From Candidatus Micrarchaeota archaeon (GTDB lineage Archaea; Micrarchaeota; Micrarchaeia; Anstonellales; Bilamarchaeaceae), in assembly GCA_022627495.1 (NCBI GenBank), contig JAKEGJ010000008.1:8212-72211 (forward strand): a stretch of DNA of 64,000 nucleotides, in the 5' to 3' direction. Position 1 is the first letter of the stretch, and each line of letters opens with the position of its first letter. A program made the translations under genes and the position numbers. The notes beneath the pieces are model-generated. The model searched no databases. It saw only the letters and a list, made by a program, of their open reading frames with translations, and had not been told where the DNA came from. This document shows, one piece after another, positions 47,733-57,287 of the stretch.

Positions 47733-48073
47733 GGGGTAGTTGCGGCCTTGCAAGCCGCTCCCCCCCCCATTTCTTCGAAATGGGGTCGTTGTGGCCATGC
47801 GTGGCCACTTCTCCCCCATTTTTCTTGAAGCAGAGCTTATGCTAATCATGATAAAATAATGAAAAATGGGGTCGTTGTGACCTTCGGTCACTTCCACCCC
47901 AATTCTCAATGAGGCATTCTGATGCCTTAACAATGGGAAAAGGAGAATTGGGGTCACTGTGATTTGAACACAGATCAAAGCCTTGTCCTAGCCCTTTGGT
48001 TGTTGCCGCTCTCACGGCTTTTGGGGTCAAGCCCTTTTGCCATGAGAATTGCGGAAGCCAAAAGGGCTGCCCG
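47733..48073 (+). repeat. array of five GGGGTC-(variable hairpin)-C-run modules with AT-rich interlocking junctions
   Basis: GGGG(T)C cores start at 47733, 47782, 47868, 47950 and 48023. Each is followed by a different perfect hairpin: GCGGC/GCCGC, GTGGCCA/TGGCCAC, GTGACC/GGTCAC, CTGTG/CACAG, AGCCCTTTTG/CAAAAGGGCT. Strand is not established. Confidence 0.75.
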
Positions 48074-48175
48074 AAGGCTCCAGTCTACCAGGTTAGCCCA
48101 TGACCCCGGCTATGTCTTGTTTGATATTGTTTTCTCGAAACATTTAAGAGGGCATCGCGAAACGCCTGCCTGGGC

Positions 48176-49123
48176 CTACAGGCACTCGGTATCATCGCTA
48201 AGCCGCGGCTTTGCATTGACGTAGTCCAGCCATTTGATGTACCTCTCGTCCCTCCCCTGGACGACGTCGAAGAACGCCTCGCGTATCGCCTTCGTGACCG
48301 GGCCGGGATTCGCACCTATCTCCCTGCGGTCCACGCTCAGGACCGGCGTGACCTCGGCGGCCGTACCGCACAGGAACATCTCATCTGCCGTGTATATTTC
48401 GTCCCGCAGAATCGAGCGCTCGCTGATCGGGATATCCATCTCGCGGGCAAGCTCCATGATGGTCTGCCTGGTGATGCCCTTAAGGACGCCGTCGTGAAGC
48501 GGAGGCGTCACAAGCTCGCCATCCCTTAGCACGAAGATGTTCTCGCCAGTGCCTTCGGAAACGTGCCCGTCGTGCGAGAGCATGATGGCCTCATCGTAGC
48601 CGGCGTTCACGGCCTCCCTTTTTGCCAGGGCGGAATTGAGGTAGTTCGCCGATGCCTTGACATGCGGCGATAGGATGTTGGTGCTTATCCTCCTCCAGCT
48701 AGACACCATGCATTTGATGCCTGATTCCGCCTTCTTTCCGAAGTATTTGGAGAAGTCTATCGGTATTATCGACAATTCAAACGGCTTGCCCTCGGTGCTG
48801 ATTCCTATCTCCGAGTATCCAACGTACAGGATGGGCCGTATGTAGCAGCTTTTCACGCCGTTCCTGCGGATCAGCTCCCGCGTCGCCCTCATCAAATCGT
48901 CCATGGGGTAGTTTATTTCGAACTGGTAGGACTTCGCACCCTGGTAGAACCTCTTGTAATGGTCCTTCATGCGGAAAATCGCAGGCCCTTCGGGTGTGTC
49001 GTAGCATCGCATGCCCTCGAAAATCGCCGTAGCATAGTGCAGGCCGTGGGTGAGCACGTGGATTTTCGCATCCTTCCAGTTGACGAACCTGCCGTTCATC
49101 CAAATCTTCTTGAGGGGCTTCAT
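48176..49123 (-). CDS. ilvE: branched-chain amino acid aminotransferase
   Basis: ..IWMNGRFVNWKDAKIHV..HGLHYATAIFEGMRCY.., fold-type IV PLP pattern. Confidence 0.87.
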   Translation of the reverse strand: MKPLKKIWMNGRFVNWKDAKIHVLTHGLHYATAIFEGMRCYDTPEGPAIFRMKDHYKRFYQGAKSYQFEINYPMDDLMRATRELIRRNGVKSCYIRPILYVGYSEIGISTEGKPFELSIIPIDFSKYFGKKAESGIKCMVSSWRRISTNILSPHVKASANYLNSALAKREAVNAGYDEAIMLSHDGHVSEGTGENIFVLRDGELVTPPLHDGVLKGITRQTIMELAREMDIPISERSILRDEIYTADEMFLCGTAAEVTPVLSVDRREIGANPGPVTKAIREAFFDVVQGRDERYIKWLDYVNAKPRLSDDTECL

Positions 49124-49174
49124 GAGCAAGCTAATCCGGCACGATTTTTTAACCTTTGTCGCCGAATCCTGTCC

Positions 49175-49411
49175 ATGGCGAAGGTCATAGTCTACACGAA
49201 GAACGACTGCCCCTGGTGCGTGAAGGTCGAGGACTTCCTGAAACAGCACAATATCCCGTTCGAAGAGCGGAACGCGCAGGCGAACCCGGAGTTCGCGAAG
49301 GAGGTAGTGGCGAAAAGCGGCGGCGCAGCGGTTCCGGTCACTGAAATCGAAGGCACAATCATCCTGGGCTTCAATGTGAAGAAAATCAGGGAAGCCCTGA
49401 ATATCCGGTGA
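49175..49411 (+). CDS. glutaredoxin-like small redox protein
   Basis: 78 aa. VIVYTKNDCPWCVKV...GGAAVPVT. Confidence 0.8.
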   Translation: MAKVIVYTKNDCPWCVKVEDFLKQHNIPFEERNAQANPEFAKEVVAKSGGAAVPVTEIEGTIILGFNVKKIREALNIR

Positions 49412-49454
49412 CCGGCGGTTCTATTTTATAAATTGTTACTTTCTAAGTCTAATC

Positions 49455-50498
49455 ATGGGATTATTGGCCAGCAAGGCGGGGGGCCAATCACCAGGGGCGG
49501 CAAGGGCGCGGGTATTGCCGCTTGAAGAGCCCCGGACAAGTCTTTGCAGCGGGCATTTCTCAGGGCTATTCCGGCTTTTCCTGTCAGCGTTTTCCCACGA
49601 AATCGGCAATTCGCTCCAGACTTTCAGGCTGATGGCCCAGCATTCCAACGGCCTGGGGGATGATTTGGTCAACGGCATGGTGGATGATTTCAAGCGGCTA
49701 AGGCTCCTTGGCGAAGTCGCATCCAAGCCGGTCGATTCGAATATGGCTTCTGAATTCAACCGCCTGTTTCCGGAGAGGCTTTTCGAATTGCAGGACCTTG
49801 ACGATTTTGCCAAGGACTCGCAGGTCCGGAGCCTTTCCCTTTCCTGCGTCATGAGGCTTGAGCAATCAATCTGCGAATCTGGAAGGCTGTTCCGCGATGC
49901 GGCGTCCAGGCGCAAAGACCTCAAGTTCCATTTTAACCGGGTTATGGCGTACGGCAGCCTGATTTGTCAGGCAATCAGGAAGATTATACTGGATGATTTC
50001 GACTTCTCCAGCGAATGCGGGCCGCAAAAAGCCCTGGGGCGGGGGTCAGTCGCGCATGCCTGCGCAAAGGCTGTTCAGGAAGCCAGCCTCAAGATAAAAT
50101 TCTGCGAAATCGACGCATCGATAGGCCAGGCATGCGTCCGGTCCAATCCACTAATCCTCCGCCTAATCCTTGCGAACGTATGCTCGAACGCTAAGCGGGC
50201 GCTGGAAGCCTCTGGCGCCGACCCTCTTGTCCGGGTATTCGTGAATCGGGAGGGGGACGGCATCCTAATCAGATTCGCGGATTCCGGCTGCGGCATGGAT
50301 TCCGAAACCCGGGACAAGCTGAATTCCGGAGTCCAGACCAGCACAAAAGCCGAAACCGGCCATGGTGTGGGGTTTTCTTACTGCCGGAGCCTTGCAGAAA
50401 AGATCGGCGGTGAGCTGTATGTAGAATCCAGCGAGCCGGGCAAAGGGTCTGTTGTGGCGCTAAGGCTGGAAATCACGGACCGGGCCCCGGATAAGTGA
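49455..50498 (+). CDS. cytoplasmic sensor histidine kinase (HisKA + HATPase_c)
   Basis: H-box FSHEIGNSLQ. N-box ..NVCSNAKRAL... G1 DSGCGM. G2 GHGVGF. Confidence 0.7.
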   Translation: MGLLASKAGGQSPGAARARVLPLEEPRTSLCSGHFSGLFRLFLSAFSHEIGNSLQTFRLMAQHSNGLGDDLVNGMVDDFKRLRLLGEVASKPVDSNMASEFNRLFPERLFELQDLDDFAKDSQVRSLSLSCVMRLEQSICESGRLFRDAASRRKDLKFHFNRVMAYGSLICQAIRKIILDDFDFSSECGPQKALGRGSVAHACAKAVQEASLKIKFCEIDASIGQACVRSNPLILRLILANVCSNAKRALEASGADPLVRVFVNREGDGILIRFADSGCGMDSETRDKLNSGVQTSTKAETGHGVGFSYCRSLAEKIGGELYVESSEPGKGSVVALRLEITDRAPDK

Positions 50499-50505
50499 CG
50501 CCTGC

Positions 50506-52293
50506 CTAAGGGGCTCGCTTGTCTTCCGAAGCACGGTCGAAATAGAAATACTCCCCCGCCGCCTTCTGCTCCGAATCGAGCTGGCTGCCGGGCTTGTTTA
50601 TCCTCGGCCTGCTGCTGTCCCGGTCGCGCCTCATCGTTATGCCCGCCACTTTCAGGAAGCCGTTCATGCCGCTCCTCTTGTTGAGCGGCGCGGACGCATG
50701 CCCGTGCATCGAGCTCTTTCCGTCGAAAACCACCAGGCGGTTCGCGATTGCGTCGATGAAGACGATGTCATGGTCCACGACGAATGCGCATTTCTCGCTC
50801 TCGCTGATGACGCGCCGGAGCAGCGATGCGAATTCAAACCTCTGCTCAATGTCCAGGAACGCGCTCGGCTCGTCGAAAAGGTATGCGTCCGCGTTCTGGC
50901 TTAAGGCCAGCGTCAGCGCGACGCGCTGGAGCTCTCCCCCCGAGAGCTGATTCAGCTCCTTGTCCATCAGCATCGTGATATTCAGCTTGCGCTTGCATTC
51001 CTCCAGGACGCCCATATTAAGGTCCTTTCCCGCGAACATTGCGGATACGACGACGGGCTCCGCGGTTATGTACTGGGGCTTGTAAGAAATCCTGAGGCCG
51101 AGCTGTTCGCCGTCGTCAGCCCGCTCCACGCCCGCAAGCATCTTTACGAAAAGCGATTTCCCGAGGGCGTTCTTCCCGACAAGGCCGAGAATTTCCCCCT
51201 TTTTTATCTCGCCTGGGTCGCTGGAGAATCTGAAGCCGGAGGATTTGCCCTTGAATTCCTTGGCCATCGCGCCGTATTTCACGAGCGCAGCGGCCTTTAT
51301 CTCGCCTTCGCTGTGCTTGCTGAACCCTATCTCATAGCCGCGGAAGCGCACGTTCTCGTCTTTGAGGTATCCTGCGATATATTCGTTGATGCCCACCCGG
51401 ACATTCTTCACGCCGGAGACCACACCATAGACGTTTTCGTCGCCGTAGAGTATGTAAACGTAATTGCTGACATAGTCCAAAAATGTCAAATCATGCTCGG
51501 CCATCATCACGCTCCTGCGCTCGGCCAGCTCCTTGATGATGACCGCCATCCGGAGCCGCTCTTCGATATCCAGGTAGTTTGTGACTTCGTCGAAATAGTA
51601 TATGTCGGACTCTTTCATGTACGCAGCCGCTACCGACACTTTCTGCAGCTCTCCGCCGGACAGCTGGTCCAGCTTCCGCTCCAGTATGTCTTCGATGCGG
51701 AATAGCCCTGCGATTTCGCCAAGCCGGGCCTTGCTTCCCGAAACGTTCCCCAGGAGCTCGGCGACCGTGCCCTTGAAAGCCTCCCGGACGCGGTCTATGT
51801 GCTGGGGCTTGACGCTGAGTTTTAGGCCCTCCCTTGTCTTCGCGAAATACCTCCTCGATTCTATCGGGAGCTTCGCCATGACTTCATCGTCAGTCCATTC
51901 CTTCCCGAACTGGGCGAAATTGGGCTTCACCTGCCTGCTTAGGAGCTTGATGGCGCTGGTCTTCCCGATGCCGTTCTTGCCCACGAGTGAAACCGCCCCT
52001 TCGATGGGGAGCGGGAGGCCGTAGAGCCGAAACGTGTTGACGCCGTACTGGAAGACCGGGTCGCTAAGCTCCTGTGCGACGTTGATGATTGAGATGCAAT
52101 TGACCGGGCATTTCTTCACGCACAGGCCGCAGCCTATGCACAGCGCCTCGGAGAACACCGGGTAGATGCCGTTTTTCTCGACAACGATGCATTCCTCGCC
52201 CATCCGGTTCGGAGGGCAGACCTTGGCGCAGACGTAGCCGCACCGTTTCTCTATGCATACGTCCCTGTCCATCACTGCGACCCTGGTGACCAT
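50506..52293 (-). CDS. abce1: ABCE1 (RNase L inhibitor) ribosome-recycling ATPase
   Basis: N-terminal 4Fe-4S motifs (CIGCGLCVKKCP) plus two ABC cassettes (GKNGIGKT, LSGGELQ twice). Confidence 0.92.
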   Translation of the reverse strand: MVTRVAVMDRDVCIEKRCGYVCAKVCPPNRMGEECIVVEKNGIYPVFSEALCIGCGLCVKKCPVNCISIINVAQELSDPVFQYGVNTFRLYGLPLPIEGAVSLVGKNGIGKTSAIKLLSRQVKPNFAQFGKEWTDDEVMAKLPIESRRYFAKTREGLKLSVKPQHIDRVREAFKGTVAELLGNVSGSKARLGEIAGLFRIEDILERKLDQLSGGELQKVSVAAAYMKESDIYYFDEVTNYLDIEERLRMAVIIKELAERRSVMMAEHDLTFLDYVSNYVYILYGDENVYGVVSGVKNVRVGINEYIAGYLKDENVRFRGYEIGFSKHSEGEIKAAALVKYGAMAKEFKGKSSGFRFSSDPGEIKKGEILGLVGKNALGKSLFVKMLAGVERADDGEQLGLRISYKPQYITAEPVVVSAMFAGKDLNMGVLEECKRKLNITMLMDKELNQLSGGELQRVALTLALSQNADAYLFDEPSAFLDIEQRFEFASLLRRVISESEKCAFVVDHDIVFIDAIANRLVVFDGKSSMHGHASAPLNKRSGMNGFLKVAGITMRRDRDSSRPRINKPGSQLDSEQKAAGEYFYFDRASEDKRAP

Positions 52294-52336
52294 AAGAACA
52301 CGTTTCCGGTTTCAAACGGATATTCGTTGATGCGGA

Positions 52337-53374
52337 TTATTTATTAGCTATGATGTTGCCGAACGGCGAATCCTTCCGCTTCAGCAGGACGATTCTCGAG
52401 ATTTCATCGTCATCCTCGATGCGGTAATCGGGCATCTCTGCAACGAGGCTCTTTGCGAACTGCATGACCTGCCAATGCTCTGCCATGAAATCCGGCCCAA
52501 GCCGTTTCCTTGAGAAGCCCAGCGCCATGTATGATTTGACCTCGACAAAATCCGCCTTCGATTTCGATATCAGGGCGGAGTATCCCGCTAAGGCGTCGTC
52601 AGCGTCATTCAGCCCTTTGATTAAGGTAAGCCTTATCACCCGGCGGCAGGGCAAACCGGCCATAAGTTCCAGAGAGCGCATCAGCCTCGCCCACCCGTCC
52701 TTATGAACGCTCCTGTTGATTTTCCCGAAAAGCTCCTCGTTCGGGGCGGCCAGGGAGATGTACAGCTGGGTCGGGAGGGACTCATCGCGGGAGAGCTGGG
52801 CAAGGCGTTCGGGTTCCTGCCCGTTCGTCACAAGGAAAACCGTCCTGACCTCCGGATTCTCCCTGAGTTTCCGTATCATCCGCCCCAGTTTCGGGTAAAT
52901 CGTCGGCTCGCCGCTAAGGGATATAGCCCAGTGCGAAGGGAAAAGCTTGAAGGCCTCGTTGAATTTCCGCAGGTCGCATTTGGGGCCTCCCTTTATTCCA
53001 GACACCAGCTTACGCCGCGCCTTGACCGTTTCCGCGATTATAAAATCCGGCTCGTCCACCTCGTCCTCTCCTAACGCGGTCCGCTTCATCCATTCCATCG
53101 GGCGCCAGCAGAACACGCACGCCTCGCTGCACCAGGCCAGGGCGGGCGACATCTGGGCGCAGCGGTGGCAGTCTATGCCGTAGAATTTGACCTTGTAGCA
53201 TCCCCTGTGCCCCTGGATGGATTTCTTGTTCCACAGGCAAATCTGCACCCCGCTGTGGTTTCCGGCGAGGCCGTAGCTCTTTGAATACTGCCTGCGGGCG
53301 GCATCTTTGAGCGCTATCCTGCCCCCAACAAAACGCTCTTCCAGCCTGCCTTCGGCTTCGCCCCTGCTCTCCAT
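52337..53374 (-). CDS. taw1: tRNA 4-demethylwyosine synthase (TYW1/Taw1), radical SAM
   Basis: ..CHRCAQMSPALAWCSEACVFCWRP.. cluster motifs. Confidence 0.82.
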   Translation of the reverse strand: MESRGEAEGRLEERFVGGRIALKDAARRQYSKSYGLAGNHSGVQICLWNKKSIQGHRGCYKVKFYGIDCHRCAQMSPALAWCSEACVFCWRPMEWMKRTALGEDEVDEPDFIIAETVKARRKLVSGIKGGPKCDLRKFNEAFKLFPSHWAISLSGEPTIYPKLGRMIRKLRENPEVRTVFLVTNGQEPERLAQLSRDESLPTQLYISLAAPNEELFGKINRSVHKDGWARLMRSLELMAGLPCRRVIRLTLIKGLNDADDALAGYSALISKSKADFVEVKSYMALGFSRKRLGPDFMAEHWQVMQFAKSLVAEMPDYRIEDDDEISRIVLLKRKDSPFGNIIANK

Positions 53375-53432
53375 GACGTATGATTTCCGCGATGGGTTAA
53401 AAAATAGAGAATAAAAAAATGGAAAAAAGGCA

Positions 53433-53867
53433 TCACTCGCCCAGAAGCGTACGCAGTTCGAGCGCGTGCTCCTCCTCGTCCATTATGATGTGGCGGAGCT
53501 TGTGCTCTATGTATTCGTACTCGTATTTCAGTTCCGCCCTGCAGGTCTGGAGCTCTGCGACTATCGTCCGGTAGAAGTCGACGGCGTCTCTTTCATCCTT
53601 AAGGTTGATTTTAAGGATGTCCTTATTCGCTTTCGCTGGATGCCCCGGGGCCATCTTTATCGAAGGCGCAGCGTCGAGCATCTCGAGGCATTTGCGGAAC
53701 AGGTCCGCGTGCTTGTGCTCGTCGCCTGCTATCTCGATTAGCCTCTCGGTGAGCGCATCGGCCGTCTCTCCGCTAAGGAGTGTCGCATGGCTCAGGTACT
53801 GCGCTTCTGCCTGGTGCTCGAGTTCGAGCCCCTTATTCAACAATTCTATCAGTTTTTCTTTTCCCAT
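53433..53867 (-). CDS. ferritin-like (four-helix-bundle di-iron) domain protein
   Basis: Paired E...ExxH patterns (LELEHQAEAQY..GDEHKH / ..MDEEEHALEL). Confidence 0.65.
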   Translation of the reverse strand: MGKEKLIELLNKGLELEHQAEAQYLSHATLLSGETADALTERLIEIAGDEHKHADLFRKCLEMLDAAPSIKMAPGHPAKANKDILKINLKDERDAVDFYRTIVAELQTCRAELKYEYEYIEHKLRHIIMDEEEHALELRTLLGE

Positions 53868-53923
53868 TCAATTCACCCGAGCTTACCTCAGAGAGAGATT
53901 ATTTAAAATTTTCCTGCGCTGTT

Positions 53924-54166
53924 ATGGCCATGGCTAAGAGCGTCACAGTATATTCGGCGGAGTGGTGCCCCTGGTGCCACAAGGTCATGGATTTCCTCAA
54001 GGAGAATAACGTCAAATTCGAAGTTAAGGACGTTGACGATGGGGAAAACGCAAAAGAATGCATGGAGAAAAGCGGCCAGGGCGGAATCCCGGTCACAATC
54101 ATAGACGGCGAAGCAGTCGTCGGCTTCGATACGGCAAAGCTGAAAGTTCTTCTAAACCTGAAGTAG
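53924..54166 (+). CDS. glutaredoxin-like small redox protein (paralogue of 49175..49411)
   Basis: VTVYSAEWCPWCHKV...GGIPVT. TATA-like ATTATTTAAAATT lies about 20 nt upstream. Confidence 0.8.
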   Translation: MAMAKSVTVYSAEWCPWCHKVMDFLKENNVKFEVKDVDDGENAKECMEKSGQGGIPVTIIDGEAVVGFDTAKLKVLLNLK

Positions 54167-54224
54167 TGCGCATTCCCGGCCGATTTCGAATGTGCGCCGT
54201 GCGGCCATTTCGCAATGCTGCCAT

Positions 54225-55586
54225 CTAATACCGCGGCCTTCTTCGCCGATGCTCTCCGCCCCGCTCCCCGTGATTATGGGCGCCTGATTCATGGCTGCGG
54301 CCTTCCGGAGCGCCGCCTTGGGCGCCGGAGTGCGATATCCGGCCAGAATGCCCTGTTCCGTAGCGGGCGCTCCCTTCGTGCGGCCTTGCGCCTTGCCCTC
54401 CGTGGCTTGGCCTTCCGCCATGGTGCTGTCCGTGCCTGGGCGGCCCCCTGCGATGCGGCCTTTCACTGCTGAAGGCGCTCGTCCCGCCCTGCTTCATCCA
54501 TGCAAAATCCGGGTGGTCCGCGCTCATGCGCTCATCGAGCGTCTCCTTGCGCTGGATGAAGTTGATGGCCTTTCCCTCCTGGCCCATCCTGCCTGTGCGC
54601 CCTATGCGGTGAAGGTGGATCTCCTCGCTTTGCGCCTTGTCGTAATTAACGATGAGGCCGAGATTGTCCACATGCAAACCCCTGGCCGCCACATTGGTCG
54701 CGACCAGTATCTTGATGCGCCCTTCCTTGAAATCCGCTATCGTGCGGTTTCGCATGGCCTGCGTCATGTCCCCCTGGAGGACGCCCGCGCGAACGCCGCG
54801 CTGCCAGAGCCTTTCCTGGAGCCTGGAGGCCCCCATCTTGGTCTCCCTGAAAATAAGCGTCTTCATGTCAGCATGAGACCGGAGCACTTCGAGGAGCCTG
54901 GGGAACTTCTCCCGGTCCGTGGTCTCCATATGCTCCTGCTTTATCGTTTCCGCAGCCTCCACTTCGCCGATTTCGATTGTCAGGGGCGCTTTGACGTATT
55001 TATGCGCGATGCTCATTATGCTCTCCTGGAGCGTCGCTGAGAGCAGGAGCGTCAGCCTCTGCGCAGGCAGCTGGTCCAAAATCGAGGTGACATCGTCTAT
55101 GAAGCCCATATCAAGCATCTGGTCCGCCTCGTCAAGGATAGCGATGTCGAATTCGCCAATCCGGACTGCGCCCCGCTGCGTCAAATCTATGAGCCTTCCG
55201 GGCGTGGCCACGAGGATATCGACGCCCCCGTGCAGCTCGTCCAGCTGGACGTTGATGCTCGCACCGCCGTAGACGACGTGCACGCGCAGCTGGTGCATCT
55301 GCCCTATGGCGCGGATTTCCTTGCATACCTGGACGGCCAATTCGCGCGTCGGCGTTAGTATGAGCGCCTTTTTCGACTTGCCGGCCGTTATCCTTTCCAC
55401 GATGCCTATCCCGAAAGCCGCAGTCTTGCCCGTTCCGGTATGGCTCCGTACGACCAGGTTCCTTCCTGAGATGATTTCAGGGATTACCCTTTCCTGCACT
55501 TCTGTCGGCTCTACATAGTTGATTTTGGCAAGAGCAAGAAGCGTTTTCTCGCTAAGGCCCATGTCGCTGAATTCCATTGTTCTCAC
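54225..55586 (-). CDS. DEAD-box ATP-dependent RNA helicase with basic Gly/Arg/His-rich tail
   Basis: GTGKTAAF, PTRELA, DEAD, SAT, HRIGRTGR motifs. Confidence 0.9.
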   Translation of the reverse strand: MRTMEFSDMGLSEKTLLALAKINYVEPTEVQERVIPEIISGRNLVVRSHTGTGKTAAFGIGIVERITAGKSKKALILTPTRELAVQVCKEIRAIGQMHQLRVHVVYGGASINVQLDELHGGVDILVATPGRLIDLTQRGAVRIGEFDIAILDEADQMLDMGFIDDVTSILDQLPAQRLTLLLSATLQESIMSIAHKYVKAPLTIEIGEVEAAETIKQEHMETTDREKFPRLLEVLRSHADMKTLIFRETKMGASRLQERLWQRGVRAGVLQGDMTQAMRNRTIADFKEGRIKILVATNVAARGLHVDNLGLIVNYDKAQSEEIHLHRIGRTGRMGQEGKAINFIQRKETLDERMSADHPDFAWMKQGGTSAFSSERPHRRGPPRHGQHHGGRPSHGGQGARPHEGSARYGTGHSGRISHSGAQGGAPEGRSHESGAHNHGERGGEHRRRRPRY

Positions 55587-55737
55587 TCCTGCATTAGTGT
55601 AATTCTAATCTCAGAATAGGGAATTAATTACACTAATTAACATAATTTCAAACATATTACTCAGGCCGAGTATATAATTCTTCCTGATTGCCTTTTGCTG
55701 ATTAGCTAATAAAATCCTTTGCCCCCATCAAAAAAAC

Positions 55738-56103
55738 ATGGAAATCCTGGTTTTCGGCCTCGCTAACGAAGACTCGCTCCTCGGGAGGCTGCGAAAACGC
55801 TTCCCATCCGTCGGCTTTCGGAAATGCGACCTGGCCCAGGAACTCGAAGGCGAGGGGCGGCGGCCCGTCGTCATAGACACCCTCAAGGGGCTGGAGCGCG
55901 TAACCCTCCTGGATGATTTGGGTACCGTGAACCCGAAGAGGGCCCTCGACGGCTCGGGAATCATCATAACCCTCCGCATCCTGATGCGACTCGGCTCCAT
56001 CGATTCTGCAAGCGTGATTGGCGTCCCGGAAGGATACCCCGAAGACCTGGCGTACGAAGAGATGAGCGCCATCATAGCCGCTCTGGCGGGCCAATCCGCG
56101 TAG
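55738..56103 (+). CDS. hypothetical protein, 121 aa
   Basis: Clean ORF. There is only a vague resemblance to hydrogenase-maturation-protease-type folds, so no family is called. Confidence 0.45.
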   Translation: MEILVFGLANEDSLLGRLRKRFPSVGFRKCDLAQELEGEGRRPVVIDTLKGLERVTLLDDLGTVNPKRALDGSGIIITLRILMRLGSIDSASVIGVPEGYPEDLAYEEMSAIIAALAGQSA

Positions 56104-56174
56104 TCTTTCGGCCAAGGGCGCAACATTTCCCCCCTGGATATAAATATTGGCCGCACACTACCTGCGGTGATGAA

Positions 56175-57218
56175 ATGGCTGAAAACAATCCAACCCTGCT
56201 GGTCCTGGGCGTCGTTTTAGTGGTGCTCATGACAGCGGGCCTGACATACTACATTACGAAGGCTGGCGGAGAAGCCCCTCCTCCGGTTCAGAACGGCACG
56301 AATGTGACTGGCGAAACCCCGACCATCATGGTGCGCGGCGAGGCCACGAAGACGCTTTCGCCGGACCTGCTCACTATCGGCATAACGATAGAGACGCTTG
56401 GGGCGAACACTTCGGATGCCCAGTCCAAAAACGCGCAGGAAGTGGCAAAGGTCAAGGCCGCCCTCCTCGCGGCCGGCGTGAACGCCAGCGACATACAGAC
56501 CAATTCGTATTATACGTATCCGGAATACAACGAAACGTGCCGCAAGAACTGCCATTACCCGTATTATGATTATCAGTACGGCGGCGAGGCGGTTCCAGCG
56601 GAAGATGCCGTTTATGAGAAAGGTGTTGGCACGAGCGCGCCTGCAGAGCGCTGCATCGGAGCGAACGGAGAGGCGATGACCGGCCCGAACGGGGAAGTGT
56701 ACCGCTGCGGAGCATCGGCTTCGCTGGATGGCGCCGAGGCGGGCGTCGCATACGCGGACGTCGCCCCCTCGTACCCGTATCCGTACCCCTGCGAGAACAA
56801 CTGCAGCATAATCGGCTACAAGACGACGCACGTCCTTAGCGTCGCCACCGGAAAGACGACCGAGGGCGGCAAGATGGTCGAGTCTGCGCTCAATGCCACC
56901 AATTCCTCGAAAATCGACTACATCTATTTCTCCATCAAGGAGGAAACGCGAGTGAAGGTGGAATCCGAGCTCCAGGCATCTGCTGCGGTTGCCGCCAAAT
57001 CCAAGGCTGACAATATCGCTAAGGGACTCGGGGCAAAGCTCGGGAAAATCGTCTCGATAAACCCGGATTACTACTACCCCTACCCGATATATGCGTATGA
57101 CCGGGCCGAGTCTTCCGGAGGGACATCATCCGCACCGGCCATGCCGCCGACCGAGATATTCCCGACCGACACGACGATGAGCAGCTCGATAACGGTCGTG
57201 TACGAGATTGTCCAGTAG
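56175..57218 (+). CDS. SIMPL/DUF541-domain secreted protein
   Basis: N-terminal TM, then ..IMVRGEATKTLSPDLLTIGITIET..AQ..NAQEVAKVKAAL... A Cys/Tyr-rich insertion sits mid-protein. Confidence 0.7.
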   Translation: MAENNPTLLVLGVVLVVLMTAGLTYYITKAGGEAPPPVQNGTNVTGETPTIMVRGEATKTLSPDLLTIGITIETLGANTSDAQSKNAQEVAKVKAALLAAGVNASDIQTNSYYTYPEYNETCRKNCHYPYYDYQYGGEAVPAEDAVYEKGVGTSAPAERCIGANGEAMTGPNGEVYRCGASASLDGAEAGVAYADVAPSYPYPYPCENNCSIIGYKTTHVLSVATGKTTEGGKMVESALNATNSSKIDYIYFSIKEETRVKVESELQASAAVAAKSKADNIAKGLGAKLGKIVSINPDYYYPYPIYAYDRAESSGGTSSAPAMPPTEIFPTDTTMSSSITVVYEIVQ

Positions 57219-57287
57219 CCCGGATGATTAGCCTTTTTTCTTTTCTCTTTTCATCTTTTTGCGATAATTTGTGCCCATGCTTCACGA

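Noticed and set aside
47733-48073. CRISPR array interpretation of the repeated GGGGTC modules
   Set aside because: The conserved parts are short (about 8-12 nt) and spacing is irregular (49-86 nt). The variable parts are themselves perfect hairpins, and no cas genes are nearby. This is not CRISPR-like.
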